64,000 bases of DNA from assembly GCA_951406725.2 (NCBI GenBank), contig OX597830.1, forward strand, positions 55,552,001 through 55,616,000, written 5' to 3'. The DNA comes from Octopus vulgaris. Lineage: Eukaryota. How positions within the stretch are numbered: the stretch's first letter is position 1; each line of letters begins with the position of its first letter. The notes beneath the pieces were generated by a model. That model saw only the letters and a list, made by a program, of their open reading frames with translations, was not told the origin of the DNA and did not search any database. This document shows, piece by piece, positions 1-64,000 of this stretch. Both the position numbers and the translations under genes were made by a program.

Positions 1-248
1 CACATTACAGTAAAATAATTCTTATTCGACACGCAGTAGGGACACCCATCACTCTTTCAATAACATTATGCACACTCATTATGTAGAAAGTTTGAAGAGT
101 CTATGACCATCTCTGGAACATAAGTGATGTATGTTCCCAGAGTGAACGAAATCGGATGAAAAATATTGATTTGAAGAGAGAACAAGAAAAAGGCTTTCAC
201 ACATACACGCACACGCACACACACATACCTTCCGTTTTAGTATATATA

Positions 249-287
<39 letters not shown>

Positions 288-335
288 TAAATATAAGCAT
301 TCATGCATGCTTACACAAATACCGCATATGTGTAT

Positions 336-373
<38 letters not shown>

Positions 374-523
374 TCATGCACACACATGCATATATGCATG
401 CATAAGCATGCCACTTCTATGTATGCGGGAATTCACGCATCCACCCATAGAAACCAGCGCGCATGCGTACACATACAAACAGGCTCGGCTAAGACGATGT
501 CTCTTTCAACTGGCAATACTCAC

Positions 524-60457
<59,934 letters not shown>

Positions 60458-60562
60458 CTGAAACAAGAACAAAATGAATCAATATACAATAATACAGGGT
60501 TTATTGTTTGTTTTTGCGGTACATGAGACAGTATCAGATAATGATAGCAATAATAATTGCAG

Positions 60563-60877
60563 TGTTGAGAGGGATTCTTTGGGGTTTGAATAATTCACCT
60601 CTGGAAACATGGGTGGTTCTTTCAACATCCTTAAACAACCCTTATTCAGGGACCTTTTGAGCGGGATGGGCTACTCAACCTGAAGAAAATTCTAACTGGG
60701 CCCCACCTGCAAGGTCATGTGCTGTTTATCTTGATATGAGATCACCATGTCGCGCGCATATGGTTGTGATGCATGTGCCTGGTGTACCCTTATCAGACGG
60801 GTAGTCATGATGGGTATATTGGGCTTCGTATATTTTACCCCAGTGTCACTTTGATGGCATGCACTGCTCTCTCACTC
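60563..60877 (+). mobile_element. (TAA)n-embedded repeat, 3' half
   Basis: Near identical to reverse complement of 5770-6085; (AAT)n tail. Confidence 0.85.
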
Positions 60878-60942
<65 letters not shown>

Positions 60943-60975
60943 CAACAACAGCAACAACTATAATAATGACGACGA

Positions 60976-61178
60976 TTTCAAAATTTGGGCCAAGGCCAGC
61001 AATTGCGAGGAAGGAGGCGAGTTGATTACAACGACCCCAGCGCTCAGCTGGTGCTTATTTTATTGACCCTGAAAGGATAAAGGCAAAGTCAACCTCGGCG
61101 GAATTTGAAGTCAGAGCGTAAAGACGGACGAAATACCGCTAAGCAAATTGCCCACAGCTGTAACGATTCTGCCACACC
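60976..61178 (-). mobile_element. SINE family A copy
   Basis: Reverse complement of family A. Confidence 0.78.
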
Positions 61179-61323
61179 ACCTGAACGAGAAGAAGAAGAA
61201 GAAGAAGAAGAAGAAGAAGAAGAAGATGATGAAGAAGAAGAAGAAGAAGAAGAAGAAGAAGAAGAAGAAGATGATGATGATGATGATGAAGAAGAAGAAG
61301 AAGAAGAAGAAGAGGAGGAGGAA

Positions 61324-61370
<47 letters not shown>

Positions 61371-61870
61371 AGAAGAAGAAGAAGAAGAAGAAGAAGAAAA
61401 AGAAGAAGAAGAAAAAGAAAAAGAAGAAGAAAAAGAAAAAGAAGAAGAAGAAGAAGAATTATTTTTATTAGAGTCACTATGCTCCATGCATACATACAAA
61501 AACGTATCACAAAGGTATACCAGAAACGCGTGATGACATACAAAGCTTTATAACCGAGCGAAGGAGCAGAAACATAATATAAAAAAGAAACAATGTACAG
61601 CTGTATTTCTAAAGAAAAAAAATGGTTGCACAAAATTAAATAATTAAATAAATATATATGGTTGCACAAAATTAAATAATTAAATAAATATATAGGTTGT
61701 TAGATAATGTCCGAAGCAGTACTCGTCAGAATGAACATAAAGTGAAGTAGTTTATTTAGGGCGGTCTAGTGGCCTGTTAGTCGCTACTTCAGACAAGTCA
61801 GGTTTGATGAAAACACACATCAAAGGACATCGATGGCCGAAGCAGTGAAGAACGAGGAAAGTGTATAGTC

Positions 61871-62180
61871 ATCATTGTGATCACTGTGACTCACCAGGCT
61901 ATCAGATGTTGCTACACATCGCTGGTCACAATGCGCTTCGCATTGTTTTAGCCTTCAAAAGACGCCACCCTGCTGGCTAAGCGAGCAGGCCAACAGAAGA
62001 AAGAGTGAGAGAAAGTTGTGGGGAAAGAGTACAGCAGGGATCGTCACCATCCTCTGCCGGAGCCGCGTGGAGCTTTAGGTATTTTTGCTCAATAAACACT
62101 CACAACGCCCTGTCTGGGAATCGAAACCGCGATCCTACAACCGCGAGTCCGCTGCCCTAATCACTGGGCCATTGCGCCTC
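61871..62180 (-). mobile_element. tRNA-derived SINE family B, tail variant 2
   Basis: Reverse complement of the 43562 type. Confidence 0.85.
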
Positions 62181-62346
62181 ACTGCATAGTCATATTAACC
62201 ACAATAACGAAGAATTGCTGCTAATATTGTTTACAGTTGCTATTATCACCGTTTGTATGCACTTTCTCTTTTTCCTCACTGCTTTTACTATCGGCATTCT
62301 GTGATGTGCTGATGTCATTTTATTCAGTCCAACTTGTCCGAAGAAG

Positions 62347-62465
62347 TACCGTAAATCCTCGAGTATAGTCCGCCCTTGAGTATAATACGCAGGGGATTTT
62401 TAGGGGACTGTACCTCTGAAAAACCTAAACCTTGTGTATAATACGCACCCCTTCTCTAACTTGAG
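62347..62465 (+). mobile_element. Probable pogo/Tc2-type DNA transposon end
   Basis: ta|CCGTAAATCCTCGAGTATA with repeated gagtataatacgca submotifs; no partner end seen. Confidence 0.45.
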
Positions 62466-62521
62466 TCAAGGTCTATATAACGTCCTTGGTTTGTAAAAAT
62501 GTATACACATACACACACATA

Positions 62522-62617
<96 letters not shown>

Positions 62618-62620
<3 letters not shown>

Positions 62621-63554
62621 CTTAGAATAACTTAGAATAACTTAGAAAGGTTTTGGCCAGTATTGGCCCAGGCCATGTCTAACTTAATAGCACCACCTGG
62701 CGAAGTCTTTCAGTTCAGGATTTGGGCACCAAGGCCCATTCGAGCAGAGAGTTATTGTTTGCGGAGACATATCCGGGTGTGGGTGGTTTGTCCGGTACTG
62801 TTTGAAGGAATTTGTCCAAAGACTTCTTGAATTTTGTGTGGTCAGTTTCTTTTTTGACGTGTCCTGGTGTAGTGTTGAAGAGAGTGGGTCCAATTGAGGT
62901 GAAATAGTTGTGCCGTATTGTCGTTATGTGATGCGATTTAGATTTTTGTTGTGGACGGATGGCACGTGGTCCAAGCCTTGGATGTATTTTGAAGGTGATG
63001 CCAACATCATTCGGACAGTGCTGATGGAATATTTTCCACATCATACAGATAATGTAGCGTTCACGGCGTCGTTGGAGTGAATACAATTTCAGCTTCTCTA
63101 GTCTACCCAAGTAGTCAAGGTCTGATATGCCATCTATCTTTTTTGTGATTGACCTTTGGGGAGCTCCAATTCTCATAATATTTTGTTTTGTGTAGGGAGA
63201 CCACAGTAGACAGCAGTATTCAAGGTGGGGTCGGGCAAAAGTGGAGAAGAGAAGGATAATAGCGTGGGAATCTCTCGACTGGAAGGTTCTGAGAATCCAG
63301 GAACACATTCTGCGGGCCATGTCAACTTTGCTGCTTATATGTGTAGCCCAGCTTATGTTGTTGTCCACTGTTACTCCCAAGTCTCTGATGTTGTTGGATG
63401 CCATGAGAATTTCTCCAGAAGGAAGAGAGTATGGGAGTTTCAGAGCGTCCTCCCTTCCAAAGTGGATCAGTTCGAATTTGTCTTCATTTAGCAACTTGTT
63501 ATTCTTTTCCGCCCATTGGTCAACAGCCAGTAGGTCTGACTGATATACATGCAC
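62618..63554 (-). mobile_element. 5'-truncated CR1/L2-group LINE: C-terminal RT region, short 3' UTR and tandem tail
   Basis: 279-aa ORF with DL..V..WA..N...LN.DK, RDLGV..D..LSW..HI, LFST.ARPHLEYCC.LWSP and LYSLQRRRER motifs; ends in (TTCTAAGTTA)x3. Confidence 0.9.
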
Positions 63555-63826
63555 ATAATGCCTCCAATATTTTGTCTGGTGATTAATTTATCGATCTCTG
63601 TTTAATGTGTAAGTTAGTAAGTTTGTTTACTTCCTTTCATGAAGTTACGCCCCTGAGGATGTAAATACCACAAGACGCGATGCACCATTTTGCACGATAT
63701 ATATACATACACACACAGACAGTACTTATGGATAGATCAGTGGGTCGGTAGATAGGCAGGTAGACAGGTAGACAGACAGATCGAAAGATACAGAGAGAGA
63801 GGTGGGGGGGGAATTAGATAGATAAC

Positions 63827-63912
<86 letters not shown>

Positions 63913-64000
63913 TGTTTCTTTATTAGCCACACAGGGCTGCACACAGACAGAACAAATTACAAGGTAGAGCTTTTCTTTTGGGGGTAAAAAAAGAGGGTTG

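Noticed and set aside
1-520. Next FN3-3 exon
   Set aside because: No FN3-like frame with a phase-1 acceptor found; it presumably lies beyond the window.

Overview
AT-rich, microsatellite-saturated animal DNA. The repeat families look like octopus/cephalopod ones (recalled from memory, not searched). The window lies inside one minus-strand gene, a protostome-type contactin. I reconstructed 18 GT-AG exons (60457 down to 524; 2874 nt, about 958 codons) with a consistent reading frame at every junction. They encode a C-type lectin-like domain, six Ig domains and two FN3 domains; the signal-peptide exon and the FN3-3/4 and GPI exons are not in the window. The introns carry at least four tRNA-derived SINE families, (TAA)n-embedded R4/Dong-like RLE retrotransposon fragments with a probable non-autonomous partner, a CR1 LINE 3' end, Tc1/mariner and other transposase relics, a Helitron, a HINE, MITEs, palindromes and local duplications. 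The most notable unannotated signal is about ten minimal type-I hammerhead-ribozyme-like motifs inside short (TA)n-flanked, often fold-back elements (Penelope pLTR-like). Across families they show compensatory changes of the core 3-8 pair (C-G, U-A, A-U) and mostly palindromic stem III; most lie on the contactin sense strand. Nearly all other ORFs in the track are microsatellite artefacts.
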